From positions 5,503 to 69,502 of the forward strand of contig SUZD01000010.1 of assembly GCA_015060105.1 (NCBI GenBank): 64,000 bases of DNA. Reading direction: 5' to 3'. This document shows, one piece after another, positions 53,742-64,000 of the stretch (position 1 is the first letter of the stretch; every line of letters begins with the position of its first letter). The position numbers and the translations under genes are program-made. The notes below the pieces were generated by a model, which saw only the letters and a program-made list of their open reading frames with translations, searched no databases and was not told the origin of the DNA. Source of the stretch: Rikenellaceae bacterium (lineage in GTDB: Bacteria > Bacteroidota > Bacteroidia > Bacteroidales > Rikenellaceae).

Positions 53742-55502
53742 ATGAAGACAACAGGACGAGTATCAGGTATCGTCTCGAACCTTGTGGTAGTGAAGGCCGA
53801 CGGCCCCGTTTCGCAGAACGAAATTTGCCACGTAGATTTGGGCGATGTTAAATTGATGGCCGAGGTCATCAAAGTTATTGGCGATGCTGCCTATGTTCAG
53901 GTGTTCGACAGCACACGTGGTCTGAAAATCGGCGACCCCGTAGAGTTTGAAGGACATATGCTCGAAGCAACATTGGCCCCCGGTATCCTTTCGCGCAGTT
54001 ATGACGGTCTGCAAAACGACCTCGAAAAGATGAACGGTCTGTTCATCGAGCGCGGAACAACAACCGACCCTATCGATTACGAGAAACTTTGGGAGTTCAA
54101 ACCCCTTGCATCGGCTGGCGACGAGGTTAGCGCAGGTGCGTGGTTGGGCGAAGTACAAGAGATGTGGGTGGCACACAAAATTATGGTGCCTTTCACAATG
54201 ACCGCCAAATACACCGTTAAGAGTGTTGCCGAGGCAGGCGAGTACAAAGTTACCGACACCATAGCCGTTGTAACCGACGCCGAGGGTAACGACCACAATA
54301 TTACTATGGTGCAAAAATGGCCCGTTAAGCAGGCTATCAAGGCGTACACCTCGAAACCGCGTCCTTCGCGTGTGATGGAGACAGGTGTTCGTGCTATTGA
54401 CACCTTCAACCCGATTGCCGATGGTGGTACCGGATTTATCCCCGGCCCGTTCGGTGCAGGTAAAACCGTGTTGCAACACGCCATCTCGAAACAAGCCGAG
54501 GCCGATGTAATCATTATGGTTGCTTGTGGAGAGCGTGCCAACGAGGTAGTGGAGATTTTTGCAGAGTTCCCCCACTTGGACGACCCCCACACAGGTCACA
54601 AACTGATGGAGCGTACAACCATCATCTGTAACACTTCGAATATGCCTGTTGCGGCTCGTGAGGCTTCGGTTTATACCGGTATGACAATCGGCGAGTACTA
54701 TCGTGCGATGGGTCTGAAAGTGTTGATTTTGGCTGACTCGACTTCGCGTTGGGCGCAAGCACTTCGTGAGATGAGTAACCGTTTGGAGGAGTTGCCCGGT
54801 CAAGATGCGTTCCCGATGGACTTGTCGGCTATCATCTCGAACTTCTACTCGCGTGCAGGTTTGGTCTATCTGCCCAATGGCAAGAGTGGTTCGGTAACCT
54901 TCCTTGGTACCGTATCGCCTGCGGGTGGTAACCTCAAAGAGCCCGTGACCGAATCGACCAAGAAAGCGGCTCGTTGTTTCTACGCATTGTCGCAAGGTCG
55001 TGCCGATAGTAAACGCTACCCCGCAATCGACCCGATTGACAGTTACTCGAAATATTTGGAGTACCCCGAGGTTGTTGAATATCTCGACGAGAGAGTAGAG
55101 AAGGGTTGGGTTGAGAAGGTTTACAAAGGTAAAACCCTCGTTCAACGCGGTAAAGAGGCTTCGGAGCAAATCAACATCTTGGGTGATGACGGGGTGCCCG
55201 TTGAGTACCACGAGCGTTACTACAAGAGCGAGTTGCTGGACTTCGTGATTCTGCAACAAGATGCATTCGACGAGATTGATGCAAACTGTCCGTTGGAGCG
55301 TCAAAAATATGTTTACAATATGGTTCTCGACGTTTGCGACAAGTCGTTCAACTTTGTCGATTTCGAGGAGTGTGCAACCTTCTTCAAGGGTCTTATCAAC
55401 CTCTTCCGTCAGATGAACTACACCGAGTGGCAGAGCGAGAAATTCCACGACTACGAGAAACAAATCCACGAGTACGTGGCCACCAAAGTAAAAGAGAATT
55501 AA
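53742..55502 (+). CDS. atpA: V-type ATP synthase catalytic subunit A
   Basis: 586 aa with Walker A GPFGAGKTV and Walker-B region LILADSTSRWAQALRE. Confidence 0.95.
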   Translation: MKTTGRVSGIVSNLVVVKADGPVSQNEICHVDLGDVKLMAEVIKVIGDAAYVQVFDSTRGLKIGDPVEFEGHMLEATLAPGILSRSYDGLQNDLEKMNGLFIERGTTTDPIDYEKLWEFKPLASAGDEVSAGAWLGEVQEMWVAHKIMVPFTMTAKYTVKSVAEAGEYKVTDTIAVVTDAEGNDHNITMVQKWPVKQAIKAYTSKPRPSRVMETGVRAIDTFNPIADGGTGFIPGPFGAGKTVLQHAISKQAEADVIIMVACGERANEVVEIFAEFPHLDDPHTGHKLMERTTIICNTSNMPVAAREASVYTGMTIGEYYRAMGLKVLILADSTSRWAQALREMSNRLEELPGQDAFPMDLSAIISNFYSRAGLVYLPNGKSGSVTFLGTVSPAGGNLKEPVTESTKKAARCFYALSQGRADSKRYPAIDPIDSYSKYLEYPEVVEYLDERVEKGWVEKVYKGKTLVQRGKEASEQINILGDDGVPVEYHERYYKSELLDFVILQQDAFDEIDANCPLERQKYVYNMVLDVCDKSFNFVDFEECATFFKGLINLFRQMNYTEWQSEKFHDYEKQIHEYVATKVKEN

Positions 55503-55506
55503 GATT

Positions 55507-56832
55507 ATGGCAACGAAAGCATTTCAAAAGATTTATACCAAAATCGATAACATTACCAAAGCGACTGTCAGCCTCAAAGCAGCAGGCGTAGGTAATGACG
55601 AGTTGGCTACCGTAGGTGGTAAGTTGGCGCAGGTGGTTAAGATTAGCGGCGAGAGCGTAACACTCCAAGTGTTCGCAGGAACCGAGGGTATCGCAACCAA
55701 CTCCGAGGTTATCTTCCATGGCGAGCCTCCCAAATTGAATGTAAGCGACGACTTGGCAGGCCACTTCTTCAACGCCTATGGCGAGCCCATCGAGGGTGGC
55801 GCACAGTTGGAGGGCGAGCCCCGTGCAATCGGAGGTCCTACCGTAAACCCCTTCAAGCGTATCCAACCGAGCGAGCTTATTGCAACAGGTATTGCAGGTA
55901 TCGACCTTAACAATACCATCGTGTCGGGTCAGAAGATTCCTTTCTTCGCCGACCCCGATCAACCCTACAACGCCGTTATGGCGAATGTGGCATTGCGTGC
56001 CAAAGCCGACAAGATTATCTTGGGCGGTATGGGTATGAGTAATGACGACTTCCTCTACTTCAAGAGCGTGTTCGAGAATGCTGGTGCGTTGGACCGTATC
56101 GTTAGTTTCGTGAACACCACCGAGAACCCTCCCGTAGAGCGTCTGCTTATCCCCGATATGGCATTGACCGCAGCCGAGTACTTTGCTGCCGACAAGGGCG
56201 AGAAGGTATTGGTGCTGCTTACCGATATGACACTCTATGCCGATGCGTTGGCTATCGTGTCGAACCGTATGGACCAAATCCCCTCGAAGGACTCGATGCC
56301 CGGCTCGTTGTACTCGGACTTGGCAAAGATTTACGAGAAAGCGGTGCAGCTGCCTAATGGCGGTTCGATTACCATTATCGCTGTGACAACCCTTTCGGGT
56401 GGCGACATTACTCACGCCGTACCCGATAACACCGGTTATATCACCGAGGGTCAGTTGTTCTTGCGTAACGATAGCGATACAGGTAAGGTTATCATCGACC
56501 CGTTCCGTAGTTTGTCGCGTTTGAAACAGTTGGTTATCGGCAAGAAAACTCGTGAGGACCACCCGCAAGTGATGAATGCTTGTGTGCGTCTGTATGCCGA
56601 TGCAGCCAATGCAAAGACCAAATTGGAGAACGGTTTCGACCTCTCGGACTACGACGAGCGTACACTCAAATTCGCTCATGACTACTCGGAGAAGTTGTTG
56701 GCTATCGATGTTAATATCGAGATTACCCAGATGTTGGATACCGCTTGGAGCTTGTTTGCCAAGTATTTCACAGCGTCGGAGGTTGCCATCAAACAAGAAC
56801 TTGTTGAAAAATATTGGCCCACAGTGGCATAA
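55507..56832 (+). CDS. atpB: V-type ATP synthase subunit B
   Basis: 441 aa with LVLLTDMT..A.A..E and ITQIPILTMP-like GSITIIAVTTLSGGDITHAVPD. Confidence 0.95.
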   Translation: MATKAFQKIYTKIDNITKATVSLKAAGVGNDELATVGGKLAQVVKISGESVTLQVFAGTEGIATNSEVIFHGEPPKLNVSDDLAGHFFNAYGEPIEGGAQLEGEPRAIGGPTVNPFKRIQPSELIATGIAGIDLNNTIVSGQKIPFFADPDQPYNAVMANVALRAKADKIILGGMGMSNDDFLYFKSVFENAGALDRIVSFVNTTENPPVERLLIPDMALTAAEYFAADKGEKVLVLLTDMTLYADALAIVSNRMDQIPSKDSMPGSLYSDLAKIYEKAVQLPNGGSITIIAVTTLSGGDITHAVPDNTGYITEGQLFLRNDSDTGKVIIDPFRSLSRLKQLVIGKKTREDHPQVMNACVRLYADAANAKTKLENGFDLSDYDERTLKFAHDYSEKLLAIDVNIEITQMLDTAWSLFAKYFTASEVAIKQELVEKYWPTVA

Positions 56833-56841
56833 CGACTGCTT

Positions 56842-57435
56842 ATGGCTATCAAGTTTCAATATAACAAGACTTCGCTCGGCGAACTCGGCAAACAGCTGAA
56901 AGTTCGTGAAAAGGCGCTGCCTACCATCAAAAGTAAGGAGAGCGCCCTGAGGTTGGAGGTCGCAAAAGCCAAAGAGGTGGCGGAGAGTTTCGAGAAGCAA
57001 CTCGCCGATGTAGAGTCGCAATACGACTATATGACCGCTCTTTGGGGAGAGTTCGACCCTGACCTTGTGAGCATCGAAGACGTTAGCCTTGATACCATCA
57101 AAATCGCGGGTGTTCGTATCCCCGTGTTGAAGGATATCACCTTCGCCAACCGTTCCTACGACCTGTTCAGCTCTCCTGCGTGGACTGCCGACGGCGTGGA
57201 ACTGCTCCAACAAATCGCACGACTGATGGTCGAGTACGAGGTGTTCGACCTGAAAATGCGTCTGTTGGATAGAGCGCGTAAGAAGACTACCCAAAAGGTA
57301 AACCTCTACGAAAAGGTGCAAATTCCTGGTTATCAAGATGCTATACGCAAAATTAAGCGTTTCCTCGAAGATGAAGAAAACCTCTCGAAGAGCGCACAGA
57401 AAATCGTGAAAAGTAAACATCAACAGGAGGAGTAA
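56842..57435 (+). CDS. atpD: V-type ATP synthase subunit D
   Basis: 197 aa coiled-coil protein with NKTSLGELGKQLKVREKALPTIKSKE, at the expected position. Confidence 0.88.
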   Translation: MAIKFQYNKTSLGELGKQLKVREKALPTIKSKESALRLEVAKAKEVAESFEKQLADVESQYDYMTALWGEFDPDLVSIEDVSLDTIKIAGVRIPVLKDITFANRSYDLFSSPAWTADGVELLQQIARLMVEYEVFDLKMRLLDRARKKTTQKVNLYEKVQIPGYQDAIRKIKRFLEDEENLSKSAQKIVKSKHQQEE

Positions 57436-57440
57436 CGGCT

Positions 57441-59309
57441 ATGATTGTTAAGATGAAAAAATACAGCTTCGTGGTGCTCTCTTCGAAGCGTGACGAATTC
57501 CTCGGCAGATTGCAGGAACTCGGATTGGTTGATGTTACAACTATCGGCTGGGAGCCTTCGGAGGCAGACCGTCGCGTGATGCTCGACGTTGAGCGATACA
57601 AGGGTGCGGTTGCAAAACTGCGCGCTATGGCGTCGGAACCCGAGTTTCAGGCGGGTAAACCGTTTGCCAACGGAGATGAGGCCTTTGACCGCTATGTAGC
57701 GGCAGAGGAGGCTACCCAAAACCTTCAAGGTGAGATTGCACGCCTTCGCAAGTTGGCCGAGGAGGCGCAAGCGTGGGGCGAATTTGATGCCTCGCTGATT
57801 GAGCGTCTGCGCGCCGAGGGTGTGGTAGTTCACCTCTTTACTGCTCAATCGTCGGACTATAAACGCAATGTCGCACAGTGGAGCGAAAACTATACTGTCG
57901 AGTTGATTAACGACCAAGCCGGCACTGCTTGCTTTGTGGTTGTGACAGGCCCCGATGATGAGGTTATGATTGACGCACAAGAACTCAAACCCTTCTCGAT
58001 GACTGCAAGTGAGGCTATGGCCGAGGTTGCCAAGTTGGAGAGCGAGGTTGAGTCGTGGAATAGTGTTTATGCTTCGTGTGTTGCCTCGCTCGATATGATT
58101 GAGCAGACACAAGGTCAGATTGTTGGCCAACTCGATTTCAGCCGTGTTGCCCGCTCGGGTCGCTCCGAGGCCGAGGGTGCATTGACTCTGATGGAGGCGT
58201 GGGCCGAGGAGGCAAGCGAGAAGGCGGTTGACGCGATGTTGGACGCCGAGCCGGGACTCTACTATATCAAAGAGAATCCGACTCCCGAAGATGACACTCC
58301 CGTCAAACTCAAAAACGGCTGGTTTGCACGAGTATTTGAACTTATCGGCTCGATGTATGCCCTGCCCAAGTATGGCACTATTGACCTTACACCGCTGTTT
58401 GCCCCGTTCTATATGTTGTTCTTCGCAATCTGCTTGAACGACGCAGGTTACGGTGCAATCATCTTGGCGTTGGGTCTGGCTCTGCTGGCAAAGGGCGGCC
58501 CCAAGATGCGTCAAGCGTCGTGGTTGTCGATATTGTGTGGTGGTGCAACAGTGTTGTTCGGTACCTATTCGGGCTCGTTGTTCGGAATGAGCATACCCGA
58601 GTTGCTGGGTTATCCGAGCGTTGCCGATTCGCCCTTCCTTGATTTCCAAGGTCAGTTCTTCTCGATTGCATTGGCTTTGGGTGTTGTCCAAATCCTTTTG
58701 GGTATGGCGGTCAATATCTATATGACAATCCGCACATTCGGATTTATGCACGCACTGGGATTGATTGGCTGGTTTATGCTTATCGTCTCGGGCTGTTTGG
58801 CAATGGCTCTGCCTATGCTGAACGAGGCGTGGGTTATTCCGGGCTTCACCACCTCGTCAATCGCATTCTATGTGGCTGTGGGCATCTCGCTTGTGCTGAT
58901 GCTCCTGCTTAACAAACCTCGTTGGAACATCTTTGCCAACTTCGCTTCGGGTTTGTGGGATACCTATAATAATATAACAGGTCTGTTGAGTGACGTGTTG
59001 AGTTACATCCGTCTGTTCGCAATCGGTTTGTCGGGCGGTGTGCTTGCGTTGGTGTTCAACAATCTGGCTATGGGTCTTACAGGCGTTAGCGAGGGAATTG
59101 GCGACGGCTCGATTGTTGGCTTTATTGGAAAGGTTATCGGTGCGGCCATTATTCTGATTATTGGTCACGGTATCAACCTCTTTATGTCAACCATTTCGTC
59201 GTTTGTTCACCCGATGCGTTTGACCTTCGTGGAGTTCTTCAAAAATGCCGGCTTCGAGATGACAACCCGTACTTTCGAGCCTTTCAAAAAACAGGATAAA
59301 AAACAATAA
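57441..59309 (+). CDS. atpI: V-type ATP synthase subunit I (a-subunit)
   Basis: 622 aa with a soluble N-half and about 7-8 TM helices. It has the conserved LSYIRLFAIGLSG (essential Arg). Confidence 0.88.
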   Translation: MIVKMKKYSFVVLSSKRDEFLGRLQELGLVDVTTIGWEPSEADRRVMLDVERYKGAVAKLRAMASEPEFQAGKPFANGDEAFDRYVAAEEATQNLQGEIARLRKLAEEAQAWGEFDASLIERLRAEGVVVHLFTAQSSDYKRNVAQWSENYTVELINDQAGTACFVVVTGPDDEVMIDAQELKPFSMTASEAMAEVAKLESEVESWNSVYASCVASLDMIEQTQGQIVGQLDFSRVARSGRSEAEGALTLMEAWAEEASEKAVDAMLDAEPGLYYIKENPTPEDDTPVKLKNGWFARVFELIGSMYALPKYGTIDLTPLFAPFYMLFFAICLNDAGYGAIILALGLALLAKGGPKMRQASWLSILCGGATVLFGTYSGSLFGMSIPELLGYPSVADSPFLDFQGQFFSIALALGVVQILLGMAVNIYMTIRTFGFMHALGLIGWFMLIVSGCLAMALPMLNEAWVIPGFTTSSIAFYVAVGISLVLMLLLNKPRWNIFANFASGLWDTYNNITGLLSDVLSYIRLFAIGLSGGVLALVFNNLAMGLTGVSEGIGDGSIVGFIGKVIGAAIILIIGHGINLFMSTISSFVHPMRLTFVEFFKNAGFEMTTRTFEPFKKQDKKQ

Positions 59310-59786
<477 letters not shown>

Positions 59787-59789
59787 GAA

Positions 59790-60008
59790 GAAGTTGCCTA
59801 ACAAGGTAATTTCGGCGTTACGCTCAAACGGGAAATCCTCACATACGCCCAGTATGCTGCGGTTTCCCGTTTTTCGCAAGCCTTGAAATTCCTCTTGTTA
59901 TACAACTTCTATGAAAACAGCCTAACAAGGTAATTTCGGCGTTACGCTTACGCGGGGAGTTCTCACATACTCTGAATATGCTGCGGTTTCCCGTTTTTCG
60001 CAAACACT
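59790..60008 (+). repeat. Nested-hairpin intergenic repeat, locus D (complete unit plus a truncated chimeric unit), subfamily 1
   Basis: It starts 4 nt after the atpK TAA. Unit 1 runs 59790-59910 with stem AAACGGGAAA/TTTCCCGTTT. Unit 2, from 59920, has left half ACGCGGGGAG and right half TTTCCCGTTT and lacks the right outer arm. Confidence 0.9.
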
Positions 60009-60015
60009 TCTAACA

Positions 60016-60054
60016 AAATAGAGGCTATCCCATCGGGACAGCCTCTATTTTATT
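60016..60054. terminator. Bidirectional terminator between atpK (+) and ilvE (-)
   Basis: AAATAGAGGCT-A-TCCC-ATC-GGGA-C-AGCCTCTATTT flanked by A and T runs. Confidence 0.8.
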
Positions 60055-60068
60055 GTATCGGGTGGCGA

Positions 60069-61091
60069 TTACAACTCGACAAATGTTACCCAACCGTGAG
60101 TGTCGGGCTCGTCGCCAAGTTGGATTCCACGCAACAGATTGTACAGTTTTGTGCTGACAGGGCCTGCCGACTTACCGTCGCCAAAGATGTAGTGGCGGTC
60201 ATCTTGCGGGTCATAGACCTCGCCAATGGGCGAGATAACGGCCGCAGTACCACAAGCACCTGCCTCCTCGAACTCTGCCAACTCGCGATAATCAACCAAA
60301 CGCTCCTCGACGTTCAAACCGAGGTCGGCAGCCAAGTCACGAAGGCTCATATTGGTAATCGACGGGAGTACCGAGTGCGATTTGGGAGTTACATAGGTGT
60401 TGTTCTTGATACCAAAGAAGTTCGCAGCACCCGCCTCGTCGATATACTGTTTGTGAGCAGCGTCGAGGTAGATTGCGCTTTGGTAGCCTTTGCGGTGGCA
60501 GATGTCGCCCGACAACAGACTTGCACCATAGTTACCACCCGCTTTGATGTGTCCTGTACCGAGAGGAGCAGCGCGGTCGTGGTCTCGGTCGATGATAGCC
60601 TGAATGGGTTGGAAGCCCGCTTTGAAGTAGGGGCCTACGGGTGTTACGAAGATGATAAACTCGTATTGCTCGGCAGGTTTAACACCCACATTGGCTCCCG
60701 AGCCGAAAAGGAAGGGGCGAATATAGAGCGATGCGCCACTACCATACGGGGGAATGAAACGAGCATTGGCACGAACAACCTCCTCGGTCATCTTTACAAA
60801 CAACTCGATGGGGGGCACCGCCATCATCAGATACTCTGCCGAAGATTGCATACGGCGAGCATTCTCTTCGATACGGAACAGACGCACCTTGCCGTCGGCT
60901 CCCATAAAGGCTTTGGCTCCCTCAAATGCGGTTTGTCCGTAGTGCAGAGCAGTCGAAGCCATATGTATTGTTACATTCTCGTCTGTGCAAAGACGGGGCT
61001 CGCTCCACTTGCCATCTTTCCAAGTCGAGCGGATATTGTAGTCGGTGCGGATATATCCGAAACCGAGCTCTTCCCATTTGATATTTTCCAT
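60069..61091 (-). CDS. ilvE: Branched-chain-amino-acid aminotransferase
   Basis: 340 aa with FEGAKAF, IRPF and GGNYGASL. The class IV aminotransferase pattern includes the K in EGAKAF. Confidence 0.93.
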   Translation of the reverse strand: MENIKWEELGFGYIRTDYNIRSTWKDGKWSEPRLCTDENVTIHMASTALHYGQTAFEGAKAFMGADGKVRLFRIEENARRMQSSAEYLMMAVPPIELFVKMTEEVVRANARFIPPYGSGASLYIRPFLFGSGANVGVKPAEQYEFIIFVTPVGPYFKAGFQPIQAIIDRDHDRAAPLGTGHIKAGGNYGASLLSGDICHRKGYQSAIYLDAAHKQYIDEAGAANFFGIKNNTYVTPKSHSVLPSITNMSLRDLAADLGLNVEERLVDYRELAEFEEAGACGTAAVISPIGEVYDPQDDRHYIFGDGKSAGPVSTKLYNLLRGIQLGDEPDTHGWVTFVEL

Positions 61092-61109
61092 ATAGCGTTG
61101 TGTTAGTAA

Positions 61110-63146
61110 TTATCCTACTTGTGAGCCGTTGCGTACGGGTTCGGTGGGAGGTACCATTACGAGTTTGCCCGTAGCGTCCTCGGCCATCAAAATCATACCT
61201 TTCGACTCGATACCTTTCAATTCGCGCGGTGCGAGGTTTACGAGTACCATAACCTGACGACCTACCAACTCCTCGGGAGTAAAGTGCTCGGCAATACCGC
61301 TTACGATAGTGCGACGGTCAATACCCGTATCAACCAACAACTTCAATAGTTTCTTGGTCTTGGCAACCTTCTCGGCCTCCAATACGGTGCCGATGCGGAT
61401 ATCCAATTTCTCGAAGTCGTCGAACGAAATCTCGGCTTTCTGTGGCTCGACGGGCTTTGCAGCCGCCTCGTTTGCCGCTTTGGCTGCGGTCAGTTTTGCC
61501 ACTTGCGCCTCGATTACGCTATCCTCAATCTTCTCGAACAGCAACTCGGCCTTTCCGAGAGTGTGTCCTGCTTCGAGCATAGTCGCAACGCCGGCATTAT
61601 CCCAGCCCAAAGCCTCGACATTCAACATACGACGCAACTTCTCGGCGGTGAAAGGCATAAACGGCTCGATGATGGTTGCCAGATTGGCGGTGATTTGCAG
61701 AGCCACATTCAAAATGGTTGCCACTCTTGCCTCGTCGGTTTTGATAACCTTCCAAGGCTCGGTGTCTGCCAAATATTTGTTACCCAAACGAGCGATGTTC
61801 ATAGCCTCTTTGAGAGCCTCGCGGAAACGGTAGTTCTCGATATTCTCCTCGACTGCCGTTTTCAGTTTGGGCAACTCGGCGATAATCTCTTTGTCGAAAT
61901 CGGTCAAACTGCCGGCCGCAGGAACTTTGCCGTCGAAATATTTTGCGGTAAGGACCATTGCTCTGTTTACGAAGTTACCCAACACGGCAACCAGCTCGTT
62001 GTTGTTGCGAGCCTGATAGTCCTTCCAAGTGAAGTCGTTGTCTTTGGTCTCGGGGGCGTTGGCGCACAACACATAGCGGAGTACATCTTGTTTGCCGGGC
62101 ATATCCACCAAGTATTCGTTCAACCACACAGCCCAATTCTTCGAGGTTGAAATCTTGTCACCCTCCAAGTTGAGGAACTCGTTGGCGGGGACATTCTCGG
62201 GGAGGATATAGTCGCCGTGAGCCTTCAACATCGCGGGGAACACGATGCAGTGGAACACGATATTGTCTTTGCCGATGAAGTGTACCATCTTGGTATCCTC
62301 GCTCTTCCAATACTTCTCCCAATCGGGTGTCAAGTCTTTGGTTGCCGAGATATAGCCGATAGGAGCATCGAACCAAACATACAAAACCTTACCCTCGGCA
62401 CCCTCGACAGGTACGGGAATACCCCAATCCAAGTCGCGGCTTACGGCACGGGGTTGCAATCCGCCGTCCAACCAACTCTTACATTGGCCATAGACATTGC
62501 TCTTCCACTCTTTGTGTCCCTCCAAAATCCACTCACGCAACATAGTCTCGTGTTTGTCCAACGGCAAGAACCAGTGAGTAGTCTCGCGCAACTCGGGAGC
62601 TGCACCCGAAATGGTGCTCTTGGGGTTGATAAGGTCGGTGGCGTTGAGTGTCGAGCCACACTTCTCGCATTGGTCGCCATACGCGCCCTCGCTACCGCAT
62701 TTGGGACAAGTACCCGTAATGTAGCGGTCGGCCAAGAATGTTTTGGCCTCGGGGTCGTAGTATTGTTGCGAGGTTTGTTGAACAAATTCGCCCTTATCGT
62801 AGAGCGTGCGGAAGAACTCCGAAGCGGTCACACGATGGGTGGGCGAAGTGGTGCGCGAATAGATGTCGAACGAGATACCAAGACCCTCGAACGACTCTTT
62901 GATAATTGCGTTATACTTGTCCACAACATCTTGTGGAGTTACACCCTCTTTGCGCGCTTTGATAGTGATAGGTACACCGTGCTCGTCGCTACCACACACC
63001 CACACTACATCTTTGCCGCGCAGACGAAGGTAACGAACATAGATGTCCGACGGAACATACACGCCGGCCAAGTGACCGATATGCACCGGGCCATTGGCAT
63101 AGGGTAGTGCCGATGTTACCAAATATCTTTTGTACTGTTTACTCAT
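61110..63146 (-). CDS. metG: Methionine--tRNA ligase with C-terminal tRNA-binding (EMAP/Trbp111-like) domain
   Basis: [26 protein letters not shown] (HIGH), zinc knuckles CPKCGS..CEKCGS, KISTSK (KMSKS), and C-terminal [15 protein letters not shown] used the ATG at 63144-63146. Confidence 0.97.
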   Translation of the reverse strand: MSKQYKRYLVTSALPYANGPVHIGHLAGVYVPSDIYVRYLRLRGKDVVWVCGSDEHGVPITIKARKEGVTPQDVVDKYNAIIKESFEGLGISFDIYSRTTSPTHRVTASEFFRTLYDKGEFVQQTSQQYYDPEAKTFLADRYITGTCPKCGSEGAYGDQCEKCGSTLNATDLINPKSTISGAAPELRETTHWFLPLDKHETMLREWILEGHKEWKSNVYGQCKSWLDGGLQPRAVSRDLDWGIPVPVEGAEGKVLYVWFDAPIGYISATKDLTPDWEKYWKSEDTKMVHFIGKDNIVFHCIVFPAMLKAHGDYILPENVPANEFLNLEGDKISTSKNWAVWLNEYLVDMPGKQDVLRYVLCANAPETKDNDFTWKDYQARNNNELVAVLGNFVNRAMVLTAKYFDGKVPAAGSLTDFDKEIIAELPKLKTAVEENIENYRFREALKEAMNIARLGNKYLADTEPWKVIKTDEARVATILNVALQITANLATIIEPFMPFTAEKLRRMLNVEALGWDNAGVATMLEAGHTLGKAELLFEKIEDSVIEAQVAKLTAAKAANEAAAKPVEPQKAEISFDDFEKLDIRIGTVLEAEKVAKTKKLLKLLVDTGIDRRTIVSGIAEHFTPEELVGRQVMVLVNLAPRELKGIESKGMILMAEDATGKLVMVPPTEPVRNGSQVG

Positions 63147-64000
63147 TATCTTGTTGTTTTTCTTGTTTACGTTTGATGGCCGCTTGTTTGGTTGCGGGCA
63201 GGTTCTCGAAGCCCTCGCCATAGACGCCCATTACAGCACCTACCGAAAGGAAGGCATTGGGGTCACACTCTTTGACGAGTTTGAGGATCGTCTCGGTTTC
63301 GAATTTACGGCAGATGATAACCAACATCTTCGATGATTGACCTGTGTAGGCTCCGATGCCGTCGAAGATAGTCACACCACGATGCAGGTCTTTGGTTATG
63401 CGCGATGCAATCTCGTTATAATTTTTCGAGAATACGAAAATCTGTGACGACTGTTTGTTGCCCGCCATAATCATATCGACAGCGTAGCCGAAAACGGTAA
63501 CCATCACAAATCCGTAAATCAACGGACGAATGTCGCCATACACAAAGTACGAGCCACCGATGATACAGAAATCGACCATCATCAACACCTTGCCATAGCT
63601 AACGGTCTTGAAGTGGTTGATAAGCATCCACACAATGTCGGTACCTCCCGTCGAGCCTCCCTGACTGAAACTCAAACTGACACCAGCTCCGGCAATAACC
63701 GCACCCAAAATGGTTGCAAGCAGTGTGTCTTGTGTGGGGTCCAAACCGAAAAGGAAAAATGGGCTATCCACAGGGATAATGCCTTGGAAGGCTTGCAGAA
63801 AGACCGAAATCATCAAGATACAGAAGATGGTTTTGATACCAAACCTCGCTCCGATGGTAATCACGGCAAGTGTAATCAAAACGGCGTTGATGATAAAGAA
63901 GCCGATACCCATATCAAGGCCGGTTGCTTTCTCGATAATCAACGCCAAACCACTCGCACCACCACCAATGATGCCTGCGGGCGAGATGATACACTCCCAA
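63139..64000 (-). CDS. YitT-family membrane protein (DUF2179 C-domain); 5' end off the window
   Basis: The frame stays open to the window edge (..[21 protein letters not shown]). It has TM helices and a C-terminal DUF2179-like [19 protein letters not shown]. The stop overlaps the metG start by 8 nt. Confidence 0.8.
   Translation of the reverse strand, partial: WECIISPAGIIGGGASGLALIIEKATGLDMGIGFFIINAVLITLAVITIGARFGIKTIFCILMISVFLQAFQGIIPVDSPFFLFGLDPTQDTLLATILGAVIAGAGVSLSFSQGGSTGGTDIVWMLINHFKTVSYGKVLMMVDFCIIGGSYFVYGDIRPLIYGFVMVTVFGYAVDMIMAGNKQSSQIFVFSKNYNEIASRITKDLHRGVTIFDGIGAYTGQSSKMLVIICRKFETETILKLVKECDPNAFLSVGAVMGVYGEGFENLPATKQAAIKRKQEKQQDNE

Overview
This 64-kb chromosomal window looks like a Bacteroidales (Bacteroidota) genome. 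Supporting signs are TTTG-N19-20-TAnnTTTG promoter boxes, lipoproteins with acidic residues after the lipid Cys, BACON-like modules, a TonB-dependent receptor with a carboxypeptidase-regulatory-like N-domain, and a V-type ATPase operon carrying a DUF2764-like gene. I call 48 protein genes and one tRNA(CAU). I saw no rRNA, CRISPR, integrase, transposase, phage or recognisable defence genes.

Layout:
- 1-13.1 kb, all minus strand: tightly packed housekeeping genes (GT2, DUF4199-like, tsaC, folE, amidohydrolase, DUF4296-like, FtsX permease, rbfA, OM barrel, Ig-like lipoprotein, folK, holB, dut, flippase).
- 13.3-17.6 kb: tRNA, a GT2 gene and the gadC-gadB acid-resistance pair.
- 17.7-20.6 kb: a 955-aa repeat-rich surface lipoprotein.
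- 20.8-30.4 kb: fabG, glyA, comF, priA, dnaE, trxA.
- 30.5-41.4 kb: the most interesting block. A 1546-aa surface lipoprotein is followed by a secreted beta-beta-alpha-Me nuclease, an EEP-family nuclease/phosphatase, a TonB-dependent receptor and a non-SusD lipoprotein. I read this as a PUL-like extracellular nucleic-acid capture, degradation and import system.
- 41.8-50.6 kb: lipoprotein, DsbD-like, GT4, SGNH esterase and a 1279-aa BACON/LRR protein.
- 50.8-59.8 kb: a DUF4301-like gene plus the V-ATPase operon E-(DUF2764)-A-B-D-I-K.
- 60-64 kb: ilvE, metG, yitT.

The second main finding is a roughly 120-nt nested-hairpin repeat family. It occurs at four loci (seven full or partial units), always in the same orientation. 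Each locus starts at or within a few nt of a TAA stop codon of a plus-strand gene. Its middle stem covaries between copies.

The many long antisense ORFs in the track are codon-aligned shadows caused by avoidance of TTA, CTA and TCA codons.

All family and domain names are from motif recognition by eye and from memory. No HMM or database search was possible.
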